DNA of 63,800 nucleotides, filler included. It is 16 parts of 16 records of this genome, joined end to end, with 100 filler letters (N's around TTAATTAATTAA, not from the genome) between each part and the next. Parts side by side here need not be neighbours in the genome. Positions count along the whole stretch, not along the records: positions 50,837 to 55,513 come from SRR7504441_133963; positions 55,614 to 60,570 come from SRR7504441_134005; positions 60,671 to 63,800 come from SRR7504441_134017; 13 more parts are not named here. The stretch is one strand, 5' to 3'. The position numbers and the translations under genes are program-made. The stretch's first letter is position 1; each line of letters starts with the position of its first letter. The notes beneath the pieces were generated by a model. The model saw only the letters and a program-made list of their open reading frames with translations, had not been told where the DNA came from and ran no database searches. Shown here one piece after another: positions 52,893-63,800 of this stretch.

Positions 52893-53377
52893 TGAGGTTG
52901 AAATACAACGTTGTTTTACTAATACTTGACAAGTAGGCTCTTACAACCTGAGGTCGAGGCAATATCGAGGCAAGTTGATCGCGTGCAACGGGAGCACCGC
53001 AGAGCTCATGCCTCCTGAGCTCGCTGGTGTTGAGTGGGAGTTAACGTTGCCACCTGCATGCTTGGCTGAGTATGGCATAGGGTTTAATAAATAAGCAAAT
53101 CTTTCTGTCTCTCTCTTGTTTCTCCCTTGCCATTGCCCGCACAATAACCCTAACCCTAAGTAGATCTAGCCAACGGCCGCGCTCCTAGCTCAGACATATG
53201 TTGTGGATTCTCAGCTGCACGGGCTTTAGATGTCGGTCGATCCATGAATAGTCGGCGCGCGCGGGCGCCGATACCAATCGCCCTACACACATGTCGGTTC
53301 GGTTGCTGGTGCTGATGAACCTCGCCGGTCTGGCCTGCGCCGGCCACTCAGTACAGATCAAGCTTGGTCCACCGAGG

Positions 53378-54920
53378 ATGGCGCAGCCGTTGAGCTTGGT
53401 TGTGGTCGTTCTTCTGCCTCTGCTGGCTCACAGTAGGACATGCACCGTGCTTCCACAGCCCAACGCGACCGTCGCTATCCAAACTGCAATCAATGAGTGC
53501 GCCGGCGATCCAGGCGCCCCCGGCACAGTCGTGGTACAGGGCCCTGGCACCTTCGGAATCAACTCCCTGAATCTTCGCAGCCACCTGACACTGATCATAC
53601 AGCAAGGGGCGGTACTCCAGGGACCTGGCTCGGACGCCAATCTGCCATCGTGGCCCCCGCTTCCATCCTATCCTGACTGCAGAGGCTCGTGTGCCCGGCC
53701 GATCATCGTGGGGATCAATATAAGCTCAGTCTCAATCACCGGAGGAGGCGTCATCAACGGCGGATTTCCTAACGGTGGCGGTGGGCCCAAGTTGGTCCAG
53801 TTCCGCAACTCCTCGGGGATCCGCCTCTCCAACGTGACACTGACCAAGTCGGCTTTCTGGACGCTCCACTTCTGGGCTTGCTCTGATGTCTCTGTTGTGG
53901 GCTGCACTATTCAGAACCCTCCAAGGGCCATCACCACCGATGGCATTGACATTGACTCGACGCAAGATGCATACATTGCGCACAATTATATCGAAGTAGG
54001 TGACGACGGTGAGTACACACCAGCCTGAGGCCCGCACTGATTGCTGATTGCAGGTGTTGCCCTCAAGTCGGGTATGGACGGCTCCGGACGCGCATTTGCA
54101 AGGCCGACGCAGAATGTGTCGATTGTGCACAACTTTTTCAATTTCTCGGGCGGGGTGGCTATCGGGTCGGAGATGTCGGGTGATGTCAGAGATGTTTATG
54201 TGGCGCACAACATCCTCCGAGGCGAGCAGCTCCCTCCTTGGCCTCTGTGAATGCGTTGGTGGCGCTTAGGTGACGCGCACAACGAGCCTTCGATGTGGAC
54301 ATGGGGGCCCAGAGTGCTCACCATCAAGAGCCAGCGGGGCCGAGGCGGCGTGGTGGAGAACGTGCTCGTGTACAACACCAGCTGCATCGACTGCGACCAG
54401 GTGGCGCGGATCTCGATGCAGTCGGATACACCGTTGCTCGACACCACTCAGACGCCGGTAGTGAGGAATGTAACCATCCAGCTGGTCAGGGGCACCTGTG
54501 AAGAGCCTGGCTTCTTCCAGGATCTGCCAGAGTCGCCGATCGGCATGTCGTTTGTGGATGTGGTAGTCACCCCGCTTCGCGACCCGGAAGCTCAGTACAC
54601 AAGCTGCAGCGCCTTCTCGCCCTACGGGATCGGCCGCGCCAACCAGCCGGCTGTATGTAACTTATCGACTTTTCCCAAGTTCCTGCCGACTGTGTACGGA
54701 GGCCCGTCAGCTGGCACATCCAGTTTTGACGACCAAGCCGAGGGCTTCGGAGCCACCAGCGGAAGTCTGTTTGGATATTCGGGGATTGATGGAAGCTCTG
54801 ACACACCATCCAGATTCGTGGGCTGGTTTGTAAATGGCTCATATTCAGTGTACCTCTGGCTTCCAACCCCGCGGATCTTGAGCTTGGGGTTTGGTGAGCA
54901 TCGCACATCCGGGCCGTCCG
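53378..54920 (+). CDS. Secreted GH28 (polygalacturonase-like) glycoside hydrolase with C-terminal extension, 2 introns
   Basis: Signal peptide MAQPLSLVVVVLLPLLAHS; TVAIQTAINEC, FWTLH, TTDGIDID, GDDGVALKSG, AIGSEMSG, IKSQRGRGG; introns 54009-54053 and 54222-54269 (GC-AG). Confidence 0.85.
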
Positions 54921-55732
54921 ATCAGGTGGACATGCAGCACCACCTGGCCACCCACGCGGTCATGCCCCAGGGCCCGGCCCAGTACCAAGAGGCCGATCTG
55001 GCCCAGCCCGTCTCCACGTCCGGCTCCGGTGGGTTCGTCGTCGTCGGTCCGGAGGTGCACACCACCGCCGGACATACAGCCGATCAAAAGTCAGGCATCC
55101 ACACCGACGACAGGCCGTGGAAAAAGGCGATCAAGCGGATCAAGCACGAATCGAGCGCTTGGGTCGCCGTCTGGGGCCACGTCGACCGGTTCGGCAACAC
55201 CCTCGACCTCTTCATGCCGATGGGCGACATGTTCTTGAACAAGCGATGGTGGGGCGTGGGTACCTACATGTCTGCAGAGGGTTTCATGGCAGCTCTGATC
55301 CTTTCGCCCTTCACATTGGCAGTGCACGCGGTTTTGATGCTGGTCTTCCTCTTCAGCGATTTCGGGTCCACGCGAGCCACAATCGAGAACCTGATTAAAC
55401 CCTTTAAACCGTCTGGTTCTGCCGTCATGAGGAGAAAGAAGAAATCCAGGGGCATCTGGAAAGCAAGCAACGATGGCTCATTTCAGTGTGGCTCAGGTGG
55501 TATTCGTGATTATNNNNNNNNNNNNNNNNNNNNNNNNNNNNNNNNNNNNNNNNNNNNTTAATTAATTAANNNNNNNNNNNNNNNNNNNNNNNNNNNNNNN
55601 NNNNNNNNNNNNNTGGCGTGTTTCCTGTCAAGTGTCAATACTACATGTATACGCATAATTATTGCATCAAATCGGCTCATCACATATGTGTGTCAAGAAT
55701 ATTAGTACAAGAAGGCGGAGTTCGAGTGCGGC

Positions 55733-57100
55733 TCACGCCTCGATCCGGACATCACCGCAGCCGGCCCATACCTGCGGGGTCATCTCGCAGTCCCAGCGCC
55801 ACCGGAGCACAAAGTCGCCCGCCGGCAGCTTTGGCACCCTGACTCGGTCCACGATGGCCACGTACGCGCTAGTGTGGCAGCAGCCCTCGCCGTCCCTGCG
55901 GTTGGCGCAGCTCGGGTACTCAGAGGCCGGCGGTGATCCCGTGCCGGGCACCCACTGCGTGGCTAGCTCAAATCACTGGCAACACTGGCAGGCACCTTGT
56001 TTGGCTGCCTGTGCGTGTCGTCCCAACCCTCGTAGCTCGGGTGAACAAACCCGACGTTGCAAGGCTGGTACCCCCAGCAGTGCTGCCCACGATCAGCGCT
56101 GAAGGCATCACTGGCACCTCGTCGCAGCCTTCAGGTGGATCGAACTGGGGCGGGTGCCCATTGCCCCCGCCGCTCGTCCTAGGCAGGTCTTCTTCGAAAG
56201 AGCCGCACGGGACCGGGTTCTTGGTCCACATAGAGCCGGCCGGGCTCGTGCCGTTCGACACCCGAATCGCGCTGATCTGCACCTCTGTCTGGTTGCGTGT
56301 GTTGTTCAGGTAAATGTAACTGCGCCCCATCAGCCCGCGCCGGAGGGCTAGCACCGGAGTGTCTGCTTGTGGTCAACGAAGCTGAGCGGGTGCCGTTGGA
56401 AGCATTCCTCAGTGATCGGCTCGTCCGCCGGGCAGAGAGCGTACTGGTACCCGCCGCCGTGGCTGCGCCAATGCTCAGTTGTGCGCAGCAAGGGACGTAC
56501 TTTGCGACCGACACCCAGGCTACCTCGGCCTGCCCGCCGGCGGTCCAGACCTCCCTCGGGGCAGCTGGCAGCTGGCTGCCCCGGAACCCCTGGCCATAGC
56601 CGGTGGTGTAGCCCCATCCGCCGGCCTGGTTTGAGTTGTTCGATGGGCTGCCGCCGGCCATCCCGCACGGGTCATACATCGGGGCGGCGCCCGGTGCCCG
56701 CCAGGGGTGCTGCTTGGTCCAGTCGGTGTGCTCGGTCCGGCTGGTGCAGGCGGTCGGGGTCTGGCTGCCAGGCTCGAAGCATCCTTGGGCCATCCAGGTG
56801 CGCAGCTCCGGCGAGTTGAGCGTGGGCTGCTTATCCCCAGAGTCGTCCCCCGGACAGAGATCCCCGGCGTACATGGAGGCGTCCACATCGAACGAGATGT
56901 TGCACTGCTGACAGCCGATGGTGCTGGCCGCCCCCCAGTCAGCCGGGCCGAGGCCGCCGGCACCAGGATTGGGAGAACCACATGCCCCCACCCCGGCTCA
57001 TAATTCCAGCGGGGGCATTGCGCGAGACCGGCTGCAAAAGCAGCCCGTGCCCCGCCACCCCGGCGACGCAAGAGATCAGAACAGCGAGCAGCTGCACCAT
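55733..57100 (-). CDS. Secreted LPMO-like (histidine-brace) protein, about 5 introns
   Basis: Signal peptide followed by HGLLLQPVSRN; WFSQSCTIGC, PWRAPG, DPCG, NHGGGYQYALCP, LRWRWDCEMTPQVWAGCGDV. Confidence 0.75.
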
Positions 57101-57247
57101 ATTCTCTCGATGCCTGAAGAGAAATGAAAAATAAACAGTCCGGAAACAGCGAGTTAGAGCAGGTCAATCGCTCGAGTCAAATCGTCCCGGCCGATCTGCC
57201 CGGGCCAGTCTGCAGGCTGAGCACGTGCTGGCGTAAACCGTATCGCC

Positions 57248-59874
57248 ATGGCCGAGGAAGCGCCGCAACCAACAGCTGAGTGCCAGCTAGAGACTTGCGC
57301 AGGTGGAGATCCAACCGCTCACGAGACCAGCCGCTCCCCAGATCGCTCACGAGAGGGCGACATATTCGAGCTCCGGTTCCCTCCGTTTACGTGGCGGCTG
57401 CTGCTTGCGGCGGCGATTCCGCTGGCAGCCGGCATGGCGGTGGCGGTGGCGCTGGGGCTGGCTTGCAATAAAACCCTCTTTGGGGGGTGGATGGGCGGCT
57501 GCCCTTCGAGCACAGCACAAACGGGCACAGGACAAAGCGCACAAAACAACAACGCCTGGTGCATCAACGCGCTGGCAATATGGACAGCTTCCAGCGGGAT
57601 CGCTGGGGCGTTGGCGCTCATTCGGCTTATTGTTCACAAGACAGCCCACGAAACAGTCATTTCAACCTTTAGGTTTCTCGTCTACTTCGGACTGGCCCTG
57701 GCCTTCCTCATTCCTGCGCTGAGCGGCGATATCAACCCAGCAGTCACTGAGAGCGGCACGGGGGTTGTACTGGAAGCAATGGAGCTCCTCCAGAACGGAT
57801 TCTTCGATTACAATAGTGAGAAGTTTGCGTTATCCTGGAACGATATAGTCTCGGTGAGCTGCCTCGGCTGGGCGTCACTGAACCGGGGCTGGGCAGCTGA
57901 ACGACTGGTATAATTGGATGACTGGCCCGTTAGCGACGATGGTCACCGCAGGCCCAGCCAATGTCGACTCTGCGGCTAGCCTTCTTAACGCTCCCATGCA
58001 ATACAGTGTTCAGAATACGGATGGAGGCTGGCAGGCTAAGTGGTCTGTGCAATTTGCACGCATACGGCAAGTGCGCACCCAGCCTCAGACCATACCACCG
58101 CAAGATCAGGTGTATTTGACTGCAGACTCGGGCTACTTTCTTAGCTCGTACATACCTGACTTCACCATATCGAGGCAAGACAAAACGTACAGAACATATA
58201 CCGGCGGTTACACCGAAGAGTACTTGAATTTTGACAACAAGTACAAAAACCTGTGGGGAGAAACGCTCAAGTCGCCAGACATTGAGCTGCGCTCCTCAGG
58301 GACGGCGCACTCATATTCGAGTATCGATGGGCAGGTGACCGCGATTTGGACATGGCTAACTATGGCTTGGGCCATTACTGAGGTGTCAACCAGGTGCTTA
58401 CGAACGACGATTGGGAGACCAACAATGGCCTGTCCTATGGGACATGGTACCCACTGGTGGTGCCCCCTGGTGATTCTGCTGCCTTTACTACCCAAGTGAG
58501 TGACGACATTACATTCATGAAGGAGAACCGTTGGATTGATGAGAAAACGGCTCTAGTTGAGGTCAGTTCCTCCTAGCTGCATGTCTGCAACCCCCATTTA
58601 CAGACAGTCTATATATGTCCACTCTATAGTGAGAGGGGGTGGTATGAGAAACATGTAGTAAAAGGATGCCCTCAGGTGATGGTCACGATCCATTCAGCAG
58701 CTGGGAATGTGGCGACAAACTTGTACTTCTTCTGTGAATTTCTGAGCAACGGTCGGGTGATCCCCAACCAGCCTCAGGCTGCAATGCGATATTATAGACA
58801 AGATGACATTGGGTTGGTTCAAACTGTGATCATCTTGGGGATGTATTACTTTATGGAGGAGCTGCAACAGATGGTACTGATGGGCGGGTATAAATACTTC
58901 ATTAAGAATGGTTGGGCCAATGCATTTGACTGGCTGCCGATCATCTTTGCATTCATACAATTTTACGATAGGCTAGAGCTGGTCGGAGTAAATGACGAGC
59001 TGTTGGTGTTTGGCACCAACATGTGGCCCTTACAAGTATGCATGAACAAACTCAACCAAAGTACCAGTATTCTTGCCTTCCTGCTCATCTTCAAGTTTTT
59101 GCGGTTTACCAAGAAGATCCCCGTCATGTGCACCATTGGGCTTACCTTTGTCCATGGCATTCTAGACATTTTCTTCTTCCTGGTAGTCGTCATGGTACTG
59201 CTGCTGGCTTTTGCCGCTGTGTTCTTCTACAATTTTGGAATGTTCATGGAGTCGTATGGTGAAGCCGCCGTGCCGCCGCTGTCTAGTGATCTTTGAACAT
59301 GCAGACTATCCCTAATCCTAACTTGTACTGACATCTCCTGATCTGTGAGTGTTCAGAATCCTTCTCCATGTCTCTTTTCTCAGCGTTCAGGGGACTTCAA
59401 GGAGAGATCGACACTGACAAACTAGTCGCTATCCATCCGGTGTTTGGACCGTTGCTTTACTGCATCTACATCACAGTCATCCTTTTTGTGGCACTCACTT
59501 TGCTCATCAGTATCATAAGCTCCAACTACGAGGCCGTCAAGGACCATGTGCCGCCAGAGGGGGTGCTCATGAGTTTCATAAAAGGGAGCAAGCGCATATA
59601 CAATCAATGTGGTGGCATGGCGAAGGCCAAAGATGGTGACCCGTCACCGCGTGGAGAGGATGGTTACTCGTCACCGCGTGGAGAGAATGTGGAACTGGCC
59701 GTCCATGAACCAACGCAAGCCGACTTGGCAAGGCAGGTGGATGAGCTCGCTGAGGCGGCAGCTGCGTTGCAGAATGCATCTAGAGCGGTGACCGAACGCA
59801 TGGAAGAGCTCAAGAAATCCTTGAATCTTGAGAAACCACCGAGCACCGACCCGAGCACCGACCTGCAAATGTGA
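57248..59874 (+). CDS. Polycystin-2 (PKD2/TRPP)-like cation channel, about 4 introns
   Basis: WIDEKT, EFLSNGRV, YFIKNGWANAFD, IFKFLRF, pore region SAFRGLQGEID, GPLLY, LLISIISSNY; C-terminal coiled coil. Confidence 0.88.
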
Positions 59875-60185
59875 TGATTCCAAGGCACACAGATTACTTT
59901 GGAGGAAACACTGACGATCAGCCATGACCTTGTGCTTCAGTTGCTAGATAATCTTCTTTACAACAAGGCAGGACTTAATCGCGGTGAATGTTCAAATAAA
60001 TCAAGATGGAGTGATTTCAACACATGCATGCATAATTATGATTATTGGTTTGTTTGCATCGATCGGCCCTATACAGTTGTATCGACCCTTACTTTTGACT
60101 ACGACTCAATTTCGATTGGGACTCTTCGCTAGTTCGCCACTTCGCCTAGCTATACGCACCTCTAAATGTAATCTAAATGATTGTC

Positions 60186-60570
60186 CTACAACTGATTGGG
60201 ATCGCCGGGAGCGGCTGGTTCTTGTACTGGTTCTTGCCGGGCTCCACCGGGGCTTTGCATCACTTCTACAGGCGACCCAAACCGCTCCGATAGTGCATCT
60301 TTGAGCTCGCTTAGATTGTTTTCGAGCTTGTTCATCCGATTTGATATAGTCCGCACCTCCTCCATAGTCTCTGTCGCAACATCCGTTTCGGGGTCGATGC
60401 CATGTGCCATGTTGATCGGTAGGTAACCATACCCATTGCGTTCGAGTTGCCTTGCGACCCCAGAGCATCAGGCAGCCATGCAGCCGATTTGCACACCTTC
60501 GCACATAAGACTGCATCCCAGATAAGCTCTCGTTAGGAGTCCGGTAAACCGCATGCAGGAACAATAGATA
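60186..60570 (-). CDS. 3' end of an unknown gene with a C-terminal coiled coil
   Basis: ETMEEVRTISNRMNKLENNLSELKDAL; converges on the polycystin gene. Confidence 0.5.
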
Positions 60571-60670
60571 NNNNNNNNNNNNNNNNNNNNNNNNNNNNNN
60601 NNNNNNNNNNNNNNTTAATTAATTAANNNNNNNNNNNNNNNNNNNNNNNNNNNNNNNNNNNNNNNNNNNN

Positions 60671-61154
60671 TCTGGACGACGCTTGGTTCATCCAGGCCTA
60701 CCCGGACATCAAGCTCGAACCTGGCTCCAGCCAGGTCGGCAAAGCCCGCGACGTGCTCGCCGCTGGCAACGGTCGGCTCCCGCCGCCGGGGCTGGCAGAC
60801 CCGACCGGGCAGGCTCGCTCGCCCTGTCTTTTGACGATAAAACCATCCCACACGTGCTTTGCCCTGCAATTCGGTGAGCCAGCAGCCGGCGCTCTAGCTG
60901 ACCGGTGGCGCAGCGGGCACGGCAGCATCAATTCGTCGCTGTTCGACGGTCCGCAGCGGTCGTCTCCAGCCCCAACGTACAAGCAGAAGTCGCCTCGGTC
61001 GCCCAAGAACGATATGCTCAAGACCTACTACTCAGCGAGCCCGCCCAAGCGGTCGAGTATGTCACCACCGCCACGGTCAGAGTCAGGTGGGTCAATTCTG
61101 GAGCAGCAGGTGGAGGGCATGGTCAAGCAGAGCGTCGATAGTGGGTACGTTTGA
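60671..61154 (+). CDS. 3' end of an unknown Ser/Pro-rich protein
   Basis: ORF 60753..61154 ends ...SILEQQVEGMVKQSVDSGYV* and is followed by an AT-rich region. Confidence 0.45.
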
Positions 61155-61381
61155 ACAAACCCACCCGCCACCGATGCTCTCTCTGAGCACGTCGCGCCGT
61201 CGCAAAGCCACATCGAATGAGCATTTCAATCCGAAATGCCAGTGTATACAAGTTTACAATGAGTTTATCATGAAATTCTAAAGATTATTATACTAAATCG
61301 CCCCGATTCATGATCAGATGTCCGGTATGCATTACTGCTATAGAAGTAAAGATACCGTACGAGTAGCTAGTTGCTTCACTT

Positions 61382-62364
61382 TTAGTACAACGGAAGACGG
61401 TACACACGTTGCTTGATCGTCCTTAATGCAGCAATACAGAGCTCTCGAACATGAGCATGCTCAGGCAGCCGGAAGGTATTCCGGATTTGCCCGACTAGCG
61501 CCAGCCCATCAGCCAACTCGATGGCATCCTTCACCGCCCCTGAACTCCACATCAGCCCAACACACTCTAACTAAAGCACAATTAGTTGCAATCCGCCAGA
61601 GTCCTCCGACAGCCGCTTCGGCCAACGCCGGATCCTTGTGCGCAAGGGCAGTCTTGCAGCCTTCACCCCACATCAGCCCATGCAAACCTAAGTTACCACC
61701 TTGGACCAAAGCAGGGAGCGCGCCTGATTGGTGCGCCTGAGCTGCAAATCTACCTATACCCGAGCCTCCAGCCGTCTTTCACGCCCAGGGGATGCACCGA
61801 GCCCACAGAGATTGCGCAGGTAGCAGCATCCCACCAGCTGCAGCTCCGGATGCGTCGAGACAGCCGCCAGCACCGCCGGCAGCCCAATCACGGCATGCTC
61901 CACGCCGCGGCCTGCGCCGGCTGGCATTGCAACCCCAACCAGTCACCTGCGGCCGCCGCGAAGAAGTGACAGCCGTACGATTGGGCTGCGAGCTCCTCTT
62001 CGTGCCGTTGCATCACAGCGGCAACCGCCGCGAAGTCCTGCTCGCCCTCAGCCTTGGTGGCCCGACGCTCCATCTCTGCACCACAGCTCGGCCCGGCCCG
62101 GCCCACGGCCAGCACCGGACAGTCGCGCGTTGAACAGCCCGTACTCACCCAGCGCTGTGCGTGCCCTGCGCAGCGGTCAGCCCAGTGAGCGAGCGAGAGA
62201 GTGCACCGAGCTCGCAGCCGCTCCGGAGCGAGCGCCAGGGTGCCCCCAACCACCAGCGCGGCCAGCACAGCGATGTCGGCGCGCTTAGAGGCGATCGTGG
62301 CCCCCGCCACGGCCGCCGAGAGAGAGAGGCCCATCCCGAGCGCTGTGGCCATCTCACGGTCCAT
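61382..62364 (-). CDS. Small protein with two N-terminal hydrophobic helices and ARM-like helical repeats, several introns
   Basis: MDREMATALGMGLSL...; AVAAVMQRH, HPELQLVGCCYLRNL, AVGGLWRIA; last exon ends ...YRLPLY*. Confidence 0.55.
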
Positions 62365-62573
62365 GGCCAGATATTCCGGTGCACGGCGATGGAGTGATCA
62401 ATACGCCGAAACGGCGAGAACTAGCTTTGGTATACGGCTTGGAGTACACAATGTCATGTATACGGACACGCCTTCAATCAAAATGGTGCGATAACTCTCA
62501 AGACACTAGTATACGATTCTAGAATCGACGCTCAACAAATAGTGTACGTGGTCGGCTTGAGTCGCGACCGAGC

Positions 62574-63788
62574 CTACGGGCCCATCTCCGAGTGAGCGTG
62601 CTCAGTGTTGTCCCCGTACGCGTGCTCCAACCGATCGGCGGCAGCTGTCGGGAGTTGGCTCAGCTCCAACAGCCCAACAGCTGCCGCGTGGAGAGGCTCC
62701 GGAGTCGGTGCTTGCTGGCGTGAAGGATTCCCAGCCTGCATCCGAGCTCAAGACCTCGCCCAGGCCGAATCCAAACCTGCTGCTGCTGCAGAGGTGTGCG
62801 GCAAACAGGGCACGACGGATTCATTATCAGCCTGAACCTAGTCAGCCGAGCAGCGGTGCGGGCGAGCACCATTCGTCGATGCAGCTCGCATGGAACATAT
62901 GAGGGCAACTCGGCATCCGGCGGATCTCATCCTGATCTTCGTACTCGGAGAGGCATATCGAGCAGGTAGCGTCGCCCTCGAAAGTCTCCTCGCTGTAGAC
63001 TTCGGTCGGCAGCTCCTTGATCCAGGCGTTCATCCGCTGCCTGCAACGCGACTCAGCAGGACTAGGTCGGGGCTGCTCACCTGTTTTTGACATTCACATA
63101 GTTTGCTAGCTTGATCAGGCACGGCAGGCAGAGGCAGAGAATTGGCACGAGCACAATGATCCCGATGCACGGGGCGCACAGTATCGCATAGTGCATGATT
63201 ATCAGGGAAAAGCATAGCCAATACACGGGCGGGTCCAGATCCTGCCCCGGGTTCAGCCCCGGAAGGCGGGGTGTGCACGCCTTGCACGAAGACCCAAACG
63301 TCCACATGTTGCCCAGCACAAACCAAACCAGCGTGAACACGTCCACCGTTGAGCGCCAACTGCCCGCCAGGTGGTCACATGAGGCCCCAACGCGAGGCAC
63401 CGGAGCAGGCCCGGCGCCTGAGGTGAGTCACCCGCAAGCCCAAAGAGCCGCCACGTGACCCCGAGACTCTGCGGGCATGCCTCAAGCGAGGCCCGCGGGC
63501 CGGGGGCTCACCGCGAGGAGCAGCAGCGCGTGGAAGACGGCCCAAACTGCGCAAGAACCAGCTAAGTGCGGACGGACGGGGGCGGGGGCGGGACCTGGGA
63601 GAGGGCTGTCGCAGCGTATCTGATTGCGCGCCGAGTACCAGACTAGAACCACAACCACCGCCACCGCCTGGAGCACCTGAGCGCCCCGGGCTCGGCCGGC
63701 GGAGGCGCGAGTGGCACACGTTGCAGACGGTCATGGCGATCAGCACGAGCAGGGTATTCCGGCGTTCCTGGTAGCTTTGAACCGTCAT
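62574..63788 (-). CDS. Transmembrane RING-H2 E3 ubiquitin ligase, multiple introns
   Basis: DVFTLVWFVLGNMWTF, LCLPC; RING-H2 CSICLSEY...CPHMFHASCIDEWL...SCPVCR. Confidence 0.88.
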
Positions 63789-63800
63789 GGTCAGTGCGTT

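Noticed and set aside
53291-53377. Double signal peptide on the GH28
   Set aside because: The second Met (53378) gives a normal signal peptide; the upstream extension is probably UTR.
59259-59356. Intronic C/D snoRNA in the 98-nt polycystin intron
   Set aside because: CTGA is present, but there is no convincing RTGATGA box C or terminal stem.
59632-59685. 27-nt tandem duplication (DGDPSPRGE/DGYSSPRGE); also (AGCTTCC)x3 at about 27808 and a 17-nt repeat at about 46598
   Set aside because: Ordinary two- or three-copy local duplications with no spacer structure.

Overview
This window is not one locus. It is 16 unrelated contigs of about 3-5 kb, joined by artificial 100-nt spacers (44 N + TTAATTAATTAA + 44 N). 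The DNA comes from a gene-dense, probably unicellular eukaryote using the standard genetic code; I cannot assign the taxon. Genes are split by very short spliceosomal introns (mostly 35-50 nt), so the ORF track is fragmented and I rebuilt gene models by manual splicing. Recognisable genes: multi-EF-hand protein, tandem double glutaminase-ankyrin protein, PRP16/DHX38, P5-type ATPase (two inverted pieces), two signal-peptide aldo-keto reductases, DONSON, fatty-acid elongase, PXMP4, epoxide-hydrolase/lipid-kinase fusion, alpha/beta hydrolase, VCPIP1-like OTU deubiquitinase, GPC1-like acyltransferase, methyltransferase-JmjC fusion, ARL1, DNA ligase IV, amidohydrolase, GH28, LPMO-like protein, polycystin-2-like channel and a membrane RING-H2 ligase. 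The strongest lead is a possibly divergent splicing system. The introns are tiny, lack a polypyrimidine tract, often show a GCTGAG branch-like motif, and include several GC donors. The branch-site-proofreading helicase Prp16 also carries an in-frame RRM insertion. Other leads are the glutaminase pseudo-enzyme/enzyme tandem, several unusual domain fusions, and divergent gene pairs whose start codons are only 29-156 nt apart. No rRNA, tRNA or CRISPR array was recognised.
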